Shown here in pieces: positions 1 through 8,940 of a stretch of DNA of 64,000 nucleotides. How positions within the stretch are numbered: the first letter of the stretch is position 1; each line of letters starts with the position of its first letter. The notes beneath the pieces are model-generated. The model saw nothing but the letters and a program-made list of their open reading frames with translations, did not search any database and was not told the origin of the DNA. The stretch comes from Candidatus Niyogibacteria bacterium (GTDB taxonomy: Bacteria > Patescibacteriota > Minisyncoccia > HO2-45-28). The stretch covers positions 63,961-127,960 of the forward strand of contig JACOYI010000002.1 of assembly GCA_016181935.1 (NCBI GenBank), read 5' to 3'. The translations under genes were made by a program, and so were the position numbers.

Positions 1-18
1 TTTTGGGCGGGGGTTTTG

Positions 19-414
19 TCAGGGCATTTGTTTTTTAGCGACTGTTTCGCGGATCTTCTTCACAACTTCGTCGATCAACACATTCGCCTTGATGAGATAG
101 CTTTCGGCGCCGAGCTTCAATCCCTTTTCGACTTCCTCGCGGCTACCGAGATTCGAAAGAATAACCACAGGGATCGCCTTGGTCTGTTCGTTTTCTTTGA
201 TCTTTGCCAAAATTTCAAACCCGCTCATTCCGGGGAGGATCAAATCCAGGAGAATGATGTCCGGCATTCCGCCATCTGGCGGATTTTCAAGTTCCTTCAT
301 TCCGGCCTCGCCGTCCACGGCAAGCTGGACTTGAAAATCGGCTTTGGCGAGCTTTTCCGCCAAAAGCCCCGCCATCAGCTGATCGTCCTCAATCACCAGC
401 ACTTTTGTTTGCAT
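19..414 (-). CDS. Stand-alone response regulator receiver (CheY-like) domain protein
   Basis: 131 aa with the acidic pocket (VIEDD), the phospho-acceptor Asp context (ILLDLILPGMSGFE) and a conserved Lys region (KANV). No output domain and no adjacent histidine kinase. Confidence 0.8.
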   Translation of the reverse strand: MQTKVLVIEDDQLMAGLLAEKLAKADFQVQLAVDGEAGMKELENPPDGGMPDIILLDLILPGMSGFEILAKIKENEQTKAIPVVILSNLGSREEVEKGLKLGAESYLIKANVLIDEVVKKIRETVAKKQMP

Positions 415-430
415 GAATGTATTCTACCCC

Positions 431-1087
431 CTAGAAATTCTTTAGCCAATCCGCAAGCTCATCCATGAACTCCGGATGCGCTACAAGCATGTCTGTTCCA
501 TGGCCGCCGGTATCGAAGATTTTAAGCTCTTTGCGGCATGTAAGCGCGCCGAAAATGCGCGCCGCCCGTTCGTGTGCGGCACCGCCCGCGCGCACGTTGT
601 CTTTGGCCGCCACGATATAAACGCCCTGCTCGTTCCGAACCTTTGCGATGACCGGAAGCGTTTCAACTCCTCGATAATTGATGCCAGGCGACAACAGAAT
701 CGCGGCGGATACGCGCTCGGATTCCGCCAACATCTGTAATGCGAGATTCGCGCCGATGGATGCGCCAACGATAAAAAACTTCGAATGCCCTTCGGCTTCT
801 TGAAATGCGAGCGCCGCGCGAACATCGGCGATCGATGCCTGATGCTCCCCGTCCGTAAAATCTTGGTATCCGTCCGGCCCGCCCTGCGATTCGCCGTGTC
901 CTCGCAAATCAATGGCGAGCGCGCCGAATCCCGCGGCATTCAGTTTTCCGGCAAATGCGTTCCACGATGCGCGGGTTGCGGGCATCATATGCAGCAAAAG
1001 AACCGCGGGAGAGCCCTGCGGTCCTTTGTAGTGGTCGCCGACGATCGCAACGCCGTCCTCGGTTTCAAGCGTTATTCGTTCAACCAT
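431..1087 (-). CDS. Alpha/beta hydrolase (dienelactone-hydrolase-like)
   Basis: 218 aa with a GxSxG nucleophile elbow (GASIG) and a His near the C-terminus (GGHG). The stop lies adjacent to the response regulator start. Confidence 0.65.
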   Translation of the reverse strand: MVERITLETEDGVAIVGDHYKGPQGSPAVLLLHMMPATRASWNAFAGKLNAAGFGALAIDLRGHGESQGGPDGYQDFTDGEHQASIADVRAALAFQEAEGHSKFFIVGASIGANLALQMLAESERVSAAILLSPGINYRGVETLPVIAKVRNEQGVYIVAAKDNVRAGGAAHERAARIFGALTCRKELKIFDTGGHGTDMLVAHPEFMDELADWLKNF

Positions 1088-1106
1088 TGCTTCATTAATT
1101 GCTTCA

Positions 1107-1925
1107 TTAATCGTCGATCTCGAATCCGAGATAAACCGTTACCGTAATTTCATTTTCTCCTGCGGGCGTTTGCGGCGGTTGAAAACCGTCGCCGCCTACG
1201 CCAAATTCCAAGCTCCTCGCATAAATCGGAATCGCGCCGCCGCCGGATTCGCTATACGAAACGATGTCATCAAGATCAACACGCAAATCGCGGGCAAGTT
1301 GTTTTGCTTTTGCTTTTGCGTCCGCGATGGCTTTCGCGCGCGCCTCGGCGCGAAGCGCTTCGATATTGTCCACATCGAACCGGAGCGAACCCACTTCATT
1401 CGCGCCGAGCCCTGCGATCTTCGTCAAATGAGAACCGACTTTCGCGAGGTCGCGGATTTTCAATTCAAAGGATTGTCGTATTTGATACCCGCGAAAAACG
1501 CTCCCGCTCCGTGTGTAATCATACATCGGTGTGATGTTGTACGAGGTCGTTTTCAGGTCCTTTTCCTCCACGCCCGCGCCCTTCAAATAATCCACAATGG
1601 CGTTGGTCGCCTTGGTCGCCTGTTCCTGCGCCGTTCCTACGTCCTTCGATTCGCGCCACACCGAGAACGTGACAATGCCGATATCCGGTTTTGCCAAAAC
1701 CTTGCCCTCGCCCGTCACCGTGATGGTCGGAACATTGGGATATACGCCCTTCAAGCCCTTGGCCTCACTCACGAACTTTGCGCCGATCCAGAGCGTCAAA
1801 ACCGCAAGGAGCGCAAGCATCAGCCAGCGCTTTCCCTGATGGCCGCACATGTGCATCCCCGCTCCGCCTTCGTGCTTCCCGTCCTCACACTTCCCGCAAC
1901 ACCCCTTGAATAGATGATGAAACAT
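1107..1925 (-). CDS. SIMPL/DUF541-family periplasmic protein with a Cys/His-rich N-terminal leader
   Basis: Single TM or signal segment followed by a SIMPL-like body (ITVTGEGKV...AKAKAIADAKAKAKQLA). The N-terminus (CCGKCEDGKHEGGAGMHMCGHQG) is Cys/His-rich; the true start could be an internal Met. Confidence 0.6.
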   Translation of the reverse strand: MFHHLFKGCCGKCEDGKHEGGAGMHMCGHQGKRWLMLALLAVLTLWIGAKFVSEAKGLKGVYPNVPTITVTGEGKVLAKPDIGIVTFSVWRESKDVGTAQEQATKATNAIVDYLKGAGVEEKDLKTTSYNITPMYDYTRSGSVFRGYQIRQSFELKIRDLAKVGSHLTKIAGLGANEVGSLRFDVDNIEALRAEARAKAIADAKAKAKQLARDLRVDLDDIVSYSESGGGAIPIYARSLEFGVGGDGFQPPQTPAGENEITVTVYLGFEIDD

Positions 1926-1974
1926 AGGTTTTTATACTATGCGCTTTTCCGCTGTTCCGCAAGCCGAACCACCC

Positions 1975-2472
1975 TCACGACCCATGACATTTCTTAAATT
2001 TTTTGCCGGAGCCGCACGGGCAATCGGCGGCGTTTTGAATATATGCCTTGAGCAACCACGAACTGGATTGGACCTTGCCGCCCTTGCCGATGTTGAAGAC
2101 CATTTTGCATCCGATCTGATTGCAAACCGCTACTTCGGGAATGTTGCCGAGCTTTCGGTCGCCGCCATTCACGAAAATATCGGGTTTTAAATGCGCGAGT
2201 TCGGCATTCACGCTCATGTCGGTCGGGTTCGCCGTATGGCGCGTCAGCACCACCTTATCAACGCCCGTGATGGATTCAAGCAATTCTTTCCGCTCATGCT
2301 GGGGCATGAACACGAATCCTTTTTTCTTCTGCAGCCAATTATCGTTATTCAAAATGACGATGAGCTTGTCGCCCAGTTTCTTGGCATTCTGGAACATCCG
2401 CACATGCCCCACGTGCACCGGATCGAATCCGCCGCTTACCGCGACCACGATATGCTTTCTGTCCGATTTCAT
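1975..2472 (-). CDS. Cytidylyltransferase-like nucleotidyltransferase fused to a C-terminal SEC-C metal-binding motif
   Basis: N-terminal HxGH motif (GGFDPVHVGHVRMF) typical of glycerol-3-P / heptose-1-P cytidylyl- or adenylyltransferases. The C-terminus ends CPCGSGKKFKKCHG, a SEC-C-type zinc motif. Confidence 0.65.
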   Translation of the reverse strand: MKSDRKHIVVAVSGGFDPVHVGHVRMFQNAKKLGDKLIVILNNDNWLQKKKGFVFMPQHERKELLESITGVDKVVLTRHTANPTDMSVNAELAHLKPDIFVNGGDRKLGNIPEVAVCNQIGCKMVFNIGKGGKVQSSSWLLKAYIQNAADCPCGSGKKFKKCHGS

Positions 2473-2481
2473 TCTTTTATT

Positions 2482-3759
2482 CTATACCGATTTGAGCGCC
2501 TTTCGCACAACTTCGCGGTCGTCCCATGCGGTGCGGGAGCCATGCGGACCCATGATCCACGGCTCGCATCCCTTGCCCGTGATGATGACGACATCTCCCG
2601 CTTTTGCGTCATGAATCGCGCGCTCGATTGCCGTGCCGCGATCTAAAATTTTCACCGCCTTCGTCCCCGCGCCGACGCCCGTTTCAATTTCAAGTAAGAT
2701 TTTTTGCGGGTCTTCATCGTAAGGGTCTTCGTTCGTCAAAATCACTTCCGAGCAAAATTCGGATGCGATCTTCCCGAATTCGGGGCGCTTCCATTTGTCT
2801 CTGCCGCCGCCCGCCGCACCGAGCACGCAAATCAATTTTTTGCCTTTGAGCGCCTCGTATACTTTGTGGAGTGCGTCAGGCGTATGTGCATAATCCACGA
2901 TGACCGCGAACGGCTCCTTCTGAATGTATTCCATCCGTCCCGCGACCACATCCACTTTTTCAATGCCGCGCTTGATCTCGTCCCAGCCAATATTCATCGC
3001 GCGCGCGAGCGCGACGGCCGCTGCGATGTTGGCGAGATTGAATGCGCCTACGAGTTTGGAGCGGATTTCCATCCCTTGCGGGGTCAGAATCCGCATCCCA
3101 TCGTCCTCGAACGCAACCTCGTATTCCTTTGCGGAGTAGGTGATTTTTTTGTCGGCGTCGTAGCGCAGGAACCGGTCGCGCGATGCGTCATCCGCATTCA
3201 CCACCATCACTTTCGGGATTTCGTTTTTGCGATAGGTTTTTGAAAGCAATTTAAAAAGTTTTTCCTTCGCTCGGCGATATTTTTCAAACGAGCCGTGCGA
3301 TTCGATGTGTTCGGGCGTCACGTTCGTGAGCACGAGCGCATCCCACGCGATGGCGCGGTGGCGCGATTGGCGGATGCCCTCGGAGGTCGCTTCGAGCACC
3401 GCATGCGTCGCGTGTTCGCGCTTGGCATCGCGCAAAAACTTCTGGAGCGCTCCGCGGCCGGGCATCGTCATTTTGAGCGTGTTCGGCCATTCCTTATCAC
3501 CGATTTTGAACCGCACGGACGACACGGACGCGACTTTGAACCCCGCCTCCTCCAAAATTTTCACGATGAGCTCCACGGTCGTGGATTTCCCATTCGTCCC
3601 CGTGACGCCGATCACCGTCATCCCCCGCGAGGGATGCCCGTACCAAGCGGCGGCGAGCGCCGAAAGCGCTCCGTGGTAAAACGGCTGGGCAAAACGGAAA
3701 AGGGGCGCGGGAATGACCGGCCGGATGAGATCCCGAACCCTTGACATAAATCCATTCAC
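2482..3759 (-). CDS. murE: Mur ligase family protein (MurE-like UDP-MurNAc-tripeptide synthetase)
   Basis: P-loop GVTGTNGKSTT, DYAHTPDAL motif and Mur ligase middle/C-terminal architecture. At 425 aa it is shorter than canonical MurE, which may be lineage-specific. Confidence 0.7.
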   Translation of the reverse strand: MNGFMSRVRDLIRPVIPAPLFRFAQPFYHGALSALAAAWYGHPSRGMTVIGVTGTNGKSTTVELIVKILEEAGFKVASVSSVRFKIGDKEWPNTLKMTMPGRGALQKFLRDAKREHATHAVLEATSEGIRQSRHRAIAWDALVLTNVTPEHIESHGSFEKYRRAKEKLFKLLSKTYRKNEIPKVMVVNADDASRDRFLRYDADKKITYSAKEYEVAFEDDGMRILTPQGMEIRSKLVGAFNLANIAAAVALARAMNIGWDEIKRGIEKVDVVAGRMEYIQKEPFAVIVDYAHTPDALHKVYEALKGKKLICVLGAAGGGRDKWKRPEFGKIASEFCSEVILTNEDPYDEDPQKILLEIETGVGAGTKAVKILDRGTAIERAIHDAKAGDVVIITGKGCEPWIMGPHGSRTAWDDREVVRKALKSV

Positions 3760-3822
3760 AGCGTAAAAATTAGCACAGCATTGGTTCGTTCACAATGAAA
3801 TGGCTCAAACCAAGGAGAAGCC

Positions 3823-4512
3823 ATGAAGCGACCGCTCACAATTCTTTTCGCGTTCGTGCTTATCGGATTTCCGATGACGGGGTTTGGGGATGGATATGCG
3901 CCGAAAGGTCCGTGGCGCGTAGTGGTGGCGGAACGAATTTCCTACGACGATTTGGGAAATTGGGAATACGAAGTGCCCGCGGAACTATGCGAGGAGGTCA
4001 TCCAGACAAACGTGCTGGAAAATTACCGTCGATGGTCTCATTCCTACGGTCCGTATGGCCCCTACACCGGAAGTTACAAATCATTTGCCGATTTTCTTTC
4101 GGACAAGATCTGGGGCCTCGACTATGATCATCTTCAAAGTCAAAATAGTCGGTATTACCACGTGGAAATGGTGGTGATCCTTGAAAACGCCGTGGTCAAT
4201 TCCGAGACCACCACCATCACATTGCCCATCGCCAATCCGGAAGAAGACGCGGAGATCCATCTATCGGTTTACTACGATGACCGGCGGTTTCCGATGCGGC
4301 TCGACATTACGGAAGGGGAGGTCCGTGGCGATGCTGCTTCCTCATCGACAGAAGCAAACCTGCTTGTCTGGGCGACCATGGAACAAAAGCCGGTCCTCAT
4401 TAAGGGGGTCGTTCGCATTCCCGAGAGCTACAACGGCATGGTCGAGCTCTTGGACGACATCCGCCATTCCCAGATCAAAATCTGCGCCGTAAGCGCGGTT
4501 TATTCCGAGTAG
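3823..4512 (+). CDS. Hypothetical secreted protein
   Basis: N-terminal signal peptide (MKRPLTILFAFVLIGFPMTGFG). An RBS-like GGAGAAGCC lies upstream. No recognizable domain. Confidence 0.5.
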   Translation: MKRPLTILFAFVLIGFPMTGFGDGYAPKGPWRVVVAERISYDDLGNWEYEVPAELCEEVIQTNVLENYRRWSHSYGPYGPYTGSYKSFADFLSDKIWGLDYDHLQSQNSRYYHVEMVVILENAVVNSETTTITLPIANPEEDAEIHLSVYYDDRRFPMRLDITEGEVRGDAASSSTEANLLVWATMEQKPVLIKGVVRIPESYNGMVELLDDIRHSQIKICAVSAVYSE

Positions 4513-4523
4513 CGCGACAGCTG

Positions 4524-4553
4524 AGGACGTAAGTCCTCGGCTTTTTTATTTTG
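4524..4553 (+). terminator. Rho-independent terminator
   Basis: GAGGAC-GTAA-GTCCTC hairpin followed by GGCTTTTTTATTTT. Confidence 0.6.
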
Positions 4554-4573
4554 ATAACACTGCGAGGGCGGCT

Positions 4574-4822
4574 TTAATAGGCCTTGCTCCGATGTTTTAT
4601 TCTATAAATTTTCACTTCCCTCCGCTTGTCGTCGATTTCGTAAATAACACGCAAATCGCCGATCCGAATCCGCCACGCATTCGGAGACCCGTGTAATTTC
4701 TTAGCGTTTGCGCGCGGGTTGTCGCGTAATTTCAAACAATAACGAATAACCCTCGAGCGCATCGACTTCTCGAGGGCATTCAAATCGCGCTCCGCGCGCC
4801 GCTCGATCAAAACTTTATACAC
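4574..4822 (-). CDS. Type II toxin, RelE/ParE family
   Basis: 82 aa basic protein (…KKLHGSPNAWRIRIGDLRVIYEIDD…) with RelE/ParE-like architecture. It overlaps the upstream antitoxin ORF by 8 nt. Confidence 0.65.
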   Translation of the reverse strand: MYKVLIERRAERDLNALEKSMRSRVIRYCLKLRDNPRANAKKLHGSPNAWRIRIGDLRVIYEIDDKRREVKIYRIKHRSKAY

Positions 4823-5027
4823 GCTCCCGGAGATACTCGCCTAGCGCGCGAAAAGAGGTTTTACCTCTCCGAATGCGGTGCAATTCCTGAAGGTCGCTTT
4901 TTTCTTCTGCCGCTCCTAACAACCGTTCATATTCTTTGATATCCAAAATGACGGATTTCGGCTTTCCGCCGCGAAGCACAATTTTAGGTTTTGCAATGAC
5001 ATTGGGCATAAACCAGTATGCTGGCAT
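4815..5027 (-). CDS. Type II antitoxin (Phd/YefM- or RelB-like)
   Basis: 70 aa ORF immediately upstream of and overlapping the RelE-like ORF. The KSVILDIKEYERLL segment resembles Phd/YefM antitoxins. Confidence 0.5.
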   Translation of the reverse strand: MPAYWFMPNVIAKPKIVLRGGKPKSVILDIKEYERLLGAAEEKSDLQELHRIRRGKTSFRALGEYLRERV

Positions 5028-5061
5028 TTCGACTAAAAATCAATCGTTTTTTAATTCCCGC

Positions 5062-5119
5062 CCACCGTCATCCCACGCGAGGGGTGGCCGTACCAATCCG
5101 CCAAGAGCTCGGCGAGAAG
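5062..5119 (-). pseudogene. Orphan duplicated fragment of the murE 5' coding end
   Basis: About 40 bp nearly identical to murE 3616-3659. On the minus strand it translates to LLAELLADWYGHPSRGMTVGGN*, compared with murE LSALAAAWYGHPSRGMTVIG. It is truncated by a stop and has no start. Confidence 0.55.
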
Positions 5120-5148
5120 GAGATGTGATGTCGATTTTAAAAACAAAA

Positions 5149-5439
5149 TCAAAAAGAATCGCTCCATCCTGTTGGCAAGGTCACTGGCGAAAGATTTATT
5201 GGGGGTTGAGGTAATACCGGAGTAGAAGGCGGCAACTTTGGTAATCTTGGGACCGGAGATACGGCAAACTGATTAAAGATGATGTATTTGCTGTTCCAAA
5301 TCTGGCCGCGAAAGTTTCCTCTCGAATCCCATACATAATTATTTTCAACCCACCCCCAATATTCGCCATCCCTCGAAAATAATGAGCCAGTAGAAATAAA
5401 GCCGATATAAACTCCGTTTGACTTAAAAATAAAATTCAT
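5149..5439 (-). CDS. Hypothetical small protein in a low-GC islet
   Basis: 96 aa ORF directly downstream of the protease gene on the same strand. It has a Pro-rich middle (PVPRLPKLPPSTPVLPQPP) and no homology I recognize. Confidence 0.3.
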   Translation of the reverse strand: MNFIFKSNGVYIGFISTGSLFSRDGEYWGWVENNYVWDSRGNFRGQIWNSKYIIFNQFAVSPVPRLPKLPPSTPVLPQPPINLSPVTLPTGWSDSF

Positions 5440-5446
5440 ATTGCTT

Positions 5447-6151
5447 TTATTTTTTACTTAACTCCGAATTTTCGGGTAATTCTGAAATTTCTTTGTGCTC
5501 TGGTATATAAGAGGCAGGTACGGCATAGCCAACACCCAACTGCATATTTTTCGTCAACGCCTGATACATTTCCACAAGATCAATACCGTGCAATGAAATT
5601 GCGCCGAGCGACATTTTTTCAACCTTGCTTAAAAGATCGGAGCGCTCTCGTCGAGTTGCATTCACTACCCCAATAACCTCGCCATGGGAGTTCATAAGCG
5701 GACAACCACTATTCCCAGGATTTACTGTTCCATCAATAAGATAAGTTGTAGTTCCAACGGCATCCTTTGTAATCGCTGACAAAATACCTTGATGGGTTGT
5801 CAGAGTTTCCAAATTGAGAGGAAATCCCGAAAAAATAACGGGTACTCCCGGTTTAATTTTTTCTCTTGCCCCAATTGGCAAAATAGACCGATCTCCGCTT
5901 TCTAATTTTAACAAGGCTAAATCGTGTTCGGAGTCGCGTATTGCAACTTTTGCGGCTATAAAATTTTCATCATCAGAAAATCGACACAATAACGACTGAC
6001 TGCCTTCGATAACATGATCACAGGTCACAAGAATCCCTTTTTTTGAAAACAAAAATCCGGATCCGGTGCTATCGACCTTATTTTTGGCATTGAGACAATA
6101 TATTTTAGCAATGCTCGGTGTAATTTTTTCGACTATATTCGCGTAATCCAT
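5447..6151 (-). CDS. Trypsin-like serine peptidase (S1 family, HtrA-like core without a PDZ domain)
   Basis: Catalytic triad context TCDHVI (His), DLALLKL (Asp) and GNSGCPL (Ser). Local GC is markedly lower than the flanking DNA. Confidence 0.7.
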   Translation of the reverse strand: MDYANIVEKITPSIAKIYCLNAKNKVDSTGSGFLFSKKGILVTCDHVIEGSQSLLCRFSDDENFIAAKVAIRDSEHDLALLKLESGDRSILPIGAREKIKPGVPVIFSGFPLNLETLTTHQGILSAITKDAVGTTTYLIDGTVNPGNSGCPLMNSHGEVIGVVNATRRERSDLLSKVEKMSLGAISLHGIDLVEMYQALTKNMQLGVGYAVPASYIPEHKEISELPENSELSKK

Positions 6152-6194
6152 AGGATAGGCGCATTTAACGTCCGTTTGTCTTTAGTTGATGAAA

Positions 6195-6761
6195 CTACCT
6201 CCCCAACACTGCGAGAGCGGCTTTGATGCGGGCTTCGGCGCCTACGACATCCGACGACACTTTCGCGAGCGCATCTCTAGCTTCACGCAAAGAATACCCC
6301 AGTGCAGCGAGCGCTTCAAGCGCGTCCTCCTCATGGCGGAACTCGTCGGACGCCATCGTTTTGCCCATTTTTTCGCGAAGTTCAATGATGATTTTCTCCG
6401 CGGTTTTCCTCCCGATGCCAGATACCTTCGTGAGATAGCTCGTCTCCCCTCCCGCGATGGCTTTTTTCAACATATCGAGCGATGCCACGCCGAGCACGGA
6501 GAGGGCTGTGCGCGGCCCCACGCCCGATACGCTGTTCAACAAATCGAACAGATCAAGCTCGCCGTAGGTCAAAAACCCATACAATTCCTGCGCGTCCTCC
6601 CGCTGGCGGTGTGCCGTGTAGATTTTGACGGTGTCCCTGTTGTGTGGTATGGTTCGGAGCGTTTCGGGTCCTACGAACACTTTGTAGCCCACGCCGCCCG
6701 CCTCCAATATCAGGAAGCGCTCTCCTCGGAAGACGATTTTACCCTCCAAGCTGGCTATCAT
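6195..6761 (-). CDS. ruvA: Holliday junction DNA helicase RuvA
   Basis: N-terminal OB fold (MIASLEGKIVF...GVGYKVFV), HhH motifs and a C-terminal RuvB-interaction domain. Confidence 0.85.
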   Translation of the reverse strand: MIASLEGKIVFRGERFLILEAGGVGYKVFVGPETLRTIPHNRDTVKIYTAHRQREDAQELYGFLTYGELDLFDLLNSVSGVGPRTALSVLGVASLDMLKKAIAGGETSYLTKVSGIGRKTAEKIIIELREKMGKTMASDEFRHEEDALEALAALGYSLREARDALAKVSSDVVGAEARIKAALAVLGR

Positions 6762-6807
6762 CTTACTATTATAGTATATGTATATTCAATTTGTAATCAA
6801 AATGTAC

Positions 6808-6849
6808 TTCTAACACATTCCTGACGGCCGTCAGGAATGTGTTAGAAGA
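6808..6849. promoter_or_regulatory. 42-bp perfect palindrome in the ruvA/uvrB divergent promoter region
   Basis: CTTCTAACACATTCCTGACGG|CCGTCAGGAATGTGTTAGAAG lies between divergent DNA-repair genes. It is a candidate operator. Confidence 0.4.
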
Positions 6850-6863
6850 CAAAACGCCATTTC

Positions 6864-8852
6864 ATGAACCGATTTAAACTCCACTCACCCTACCAGCCGA
6901 CCGGAGACCAGCCCGCCGCCATCGAAAAGCTCGCGGCGGGTATTCGCGCGGGCAAAAAGCACCAAACACTCTTGGGCGTGACGGGCTCCGGTAAGACCTT
7001 CACAATGGCCAATGTCATCGAGAAGCTCAATCGCCCTGCGCTCGTCATTTCGCATAACAAAACGCTCGCCCTCCAGCTGTATCAGGAGTTCAAGGAATTT
7101 TTCCCACTAAACGGCGTCCACTATTTCGTCTCGTATTACGACTACTACCAGCCCGAGGCCTACCTCCCCACCACCGACACCTATATCGAAAAAGACGCGA
7201 AAATCAACGACTTCATCGACCGCCTGCGCCACGCGACCACCGCCTCCGCGCTCACGCGGCGCGATTTTGTGATTTGCGCATCCGTGTCCTGCATTTACGG
7301 CTTGGGCGATCCGGAGGAATACGAAAATGTCGCGCTCGAATTGCGCGTCGGGCAAACGATGAAACGAAAGGATTTAACCGAGCGCCTCGCCGACCTGTAT
7401 TACGAACGCAATGACACCGAATCGCCTGCCTCGCCGTTTGGCGGGCGCTACGGCACCTTCAGCGCCAAAGGTGATGTGATTTCCATTGCGTCCCCCGACG
7501 GCGCCACCATCACCGAAATTGAACTCCTTGGCGACAAAATCGACGCGATGCGGGAATACAAAAACGACATCCACCGCTCGGGTGAACGCGCCATTGAATC
7601 CAAACACTTCTTCCCCGCCAAACATTTCGTCACGCCGAAGGATAAATTGAAAGTCGCGATGGCGAATATCCGCACCGAGCTCGCCACGCGCCTCACCGCG
7701 CTCAAAAAAGCGGGCAAAATCCTCGAGGCCGCGCGGTTGGAACAGCGCGTGAATTTTGACCTCGAAATGCTCGAGACCACGGGCTATGTGTCGGGCATCG
7801 AAAATTATTCGCGCCAGTTGTCGTTCCGCAACGCGGGCGAGCCGCCGTTCACATTATTGGATTATCTCCCCGACGATACGCTCGTCATCATCGACGAATC
7901 CCACATGACCGTCCCGCAGATCGGCGGAATGTACGCGGGCGACCAAGCGCGCAAAAATGTTCTTGTGGATTACGGGTTCCGTTTGCCCTCTGCGCTCGAC
8001 AACCGGCCGCTCAAATTCGCGGAGTTCGATGAAAAAGCGGGACAGCGCGTGTATGTGTCCGCCACGCCCGCGCAGTATGAAATTGACGCGTCAGGTCCGG
8101 ATGGAATCGCGGAACAGCTCATCCGCCCCACCGGACTCCTCGACCCCGTCATCGAAATCCGCCCCGCGCGAAATCAATTAAAAGATGTGGAACAGGAAAT
8201 CGCAAAATGCGTCGCCGCGGGCGAGCGCGCGCTCGTCGTGACGCTCACCAAGCGCCTCGCCGAGGATATCGCCGCGCATTTCAAGGACGCCGGCATCAAA
8301 GCCGAATACATGCACTCGGAAATCAAAACGCTTGAGCGCGGCAAAATTTTGGAAAAATTGCGCCGCGGCGAAATTGACGTCCTCATCGGCATCAACCTGC
8401 TCCGCGAAGGGCTCGATTTGCCGGAAGTGGCGCTCATCGCCATTCTCGACGCGGACAAAGAAGGATTTTTGCGCAATGAAACTTCATTGATTCAAACCAT
8501 CGGCCGCGGCGCGCGCCATCCGAAAGGCCGCGCGATTCTCTATGCCGATATTGTGACGGGCTCGATACAGCGCGCGCTCGATGAAACCAACCGTCGCCGC
8601 AAAATTCAGGAGGACTATAACCGCGAGCACGGCATCACGCCGACCGCGGTCATCAAGCCCATCCGCGCACCGTTGTTGGAAGAGGAAAAAGACAAGCGCG
8701 ACCCCGTCGGCGCGCTCGTGAAAGATTTGTACGAAACGCTTAAGGACCATGACGCGGTCAAAGCCGAACTCGAACGTCAAATGCTCATCGCCGCCGACGA
8801 ACTCCGCTTCGAAGACGCCGCGCGATTGCGGGATGTGCTGGGAACGCTATAA
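6864..8852 (+). CDS. uvrB: Excinuclease ABC subunit B
   Basis: 662 aa with Walker A GVTGSGKT, helicase motifs and the C-terminal UvrB/UvrC interaction helix (...ADELRFEDAARLRDVLGTL). Confidence 0.95.
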   Translation: MNRFKLHSPYQPTGDQPAAIEKLAAGIRAGKKHQTLLGVTGSGKTFTMANVIEKLNRPALVISHNKTLALQLYQEFKEFFPLNGVHYFVSYYDYYQPEAYLPTTDTYIEKDAKINDFIDRLRHATTASALTRRDFVICASVSCIYGLGDPEEYENVALELRVGQTMKRKDLTERLADLYYERNDTESPASPFGGRYGTFSAKGDVISIASPDGATITEIELLGDKIDAMREYKNDIHRSGERAIESKHFFPAKHFVTPKDKLKVAMANIRTELATRLTALKKAGKILEAARLEQRVNFDLEMLETTGYVSGIENYSRQLSFRNAGEPPFTLLDYLPDDTLVIIDESHMTVPQIGGMYAGDQARKNVLVDYGFRLPSALDNRPLKFAEFDEKAGQRVYVSATPAQYEIDASGPDGIAEQLIRPTGLLDPVIEIRPARNQLKDVEQEIAKCVAAGERALVVTLTKRLAEDIAAHFKDAGIKAEYMHSEIKTLERGKILEKLRRGEIDVLIGINLLREGLDLPEVALIAILDADKEGFLRNETSLIQTIGRGARHPKGRAILYADIVTGSIQRALDETNRRRKIQEDYNREHGITPTAVIKPIRAPLLEEEKDKRDPVGALVKDLYETLKDHDAVKAELERQMLIAADELRFEDAARLRDVLGTL

Positions 8853-8940
8853 TCCCGCCGCCAGCTTGACAATCCATCTCATCTTTGGTATTCACAAACA
8901 AGCAGCTCGTTAAAAATCGCCACGGAATAAGGAGATAAGC

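Noticed and set aside
16-468. 150-aa plus-strand ORF
   Set aside because: It is entirely antisense to the clearly homologous response-regulator gene and has no domain signal. This is the typical GC-rich antisense ORF.
4936-5214. 92-aa plus-strand ORF
   Set aside because: It overlaps the orphan murE fragment, which reads sensibly on the minus strand, and has no RBS or homology.
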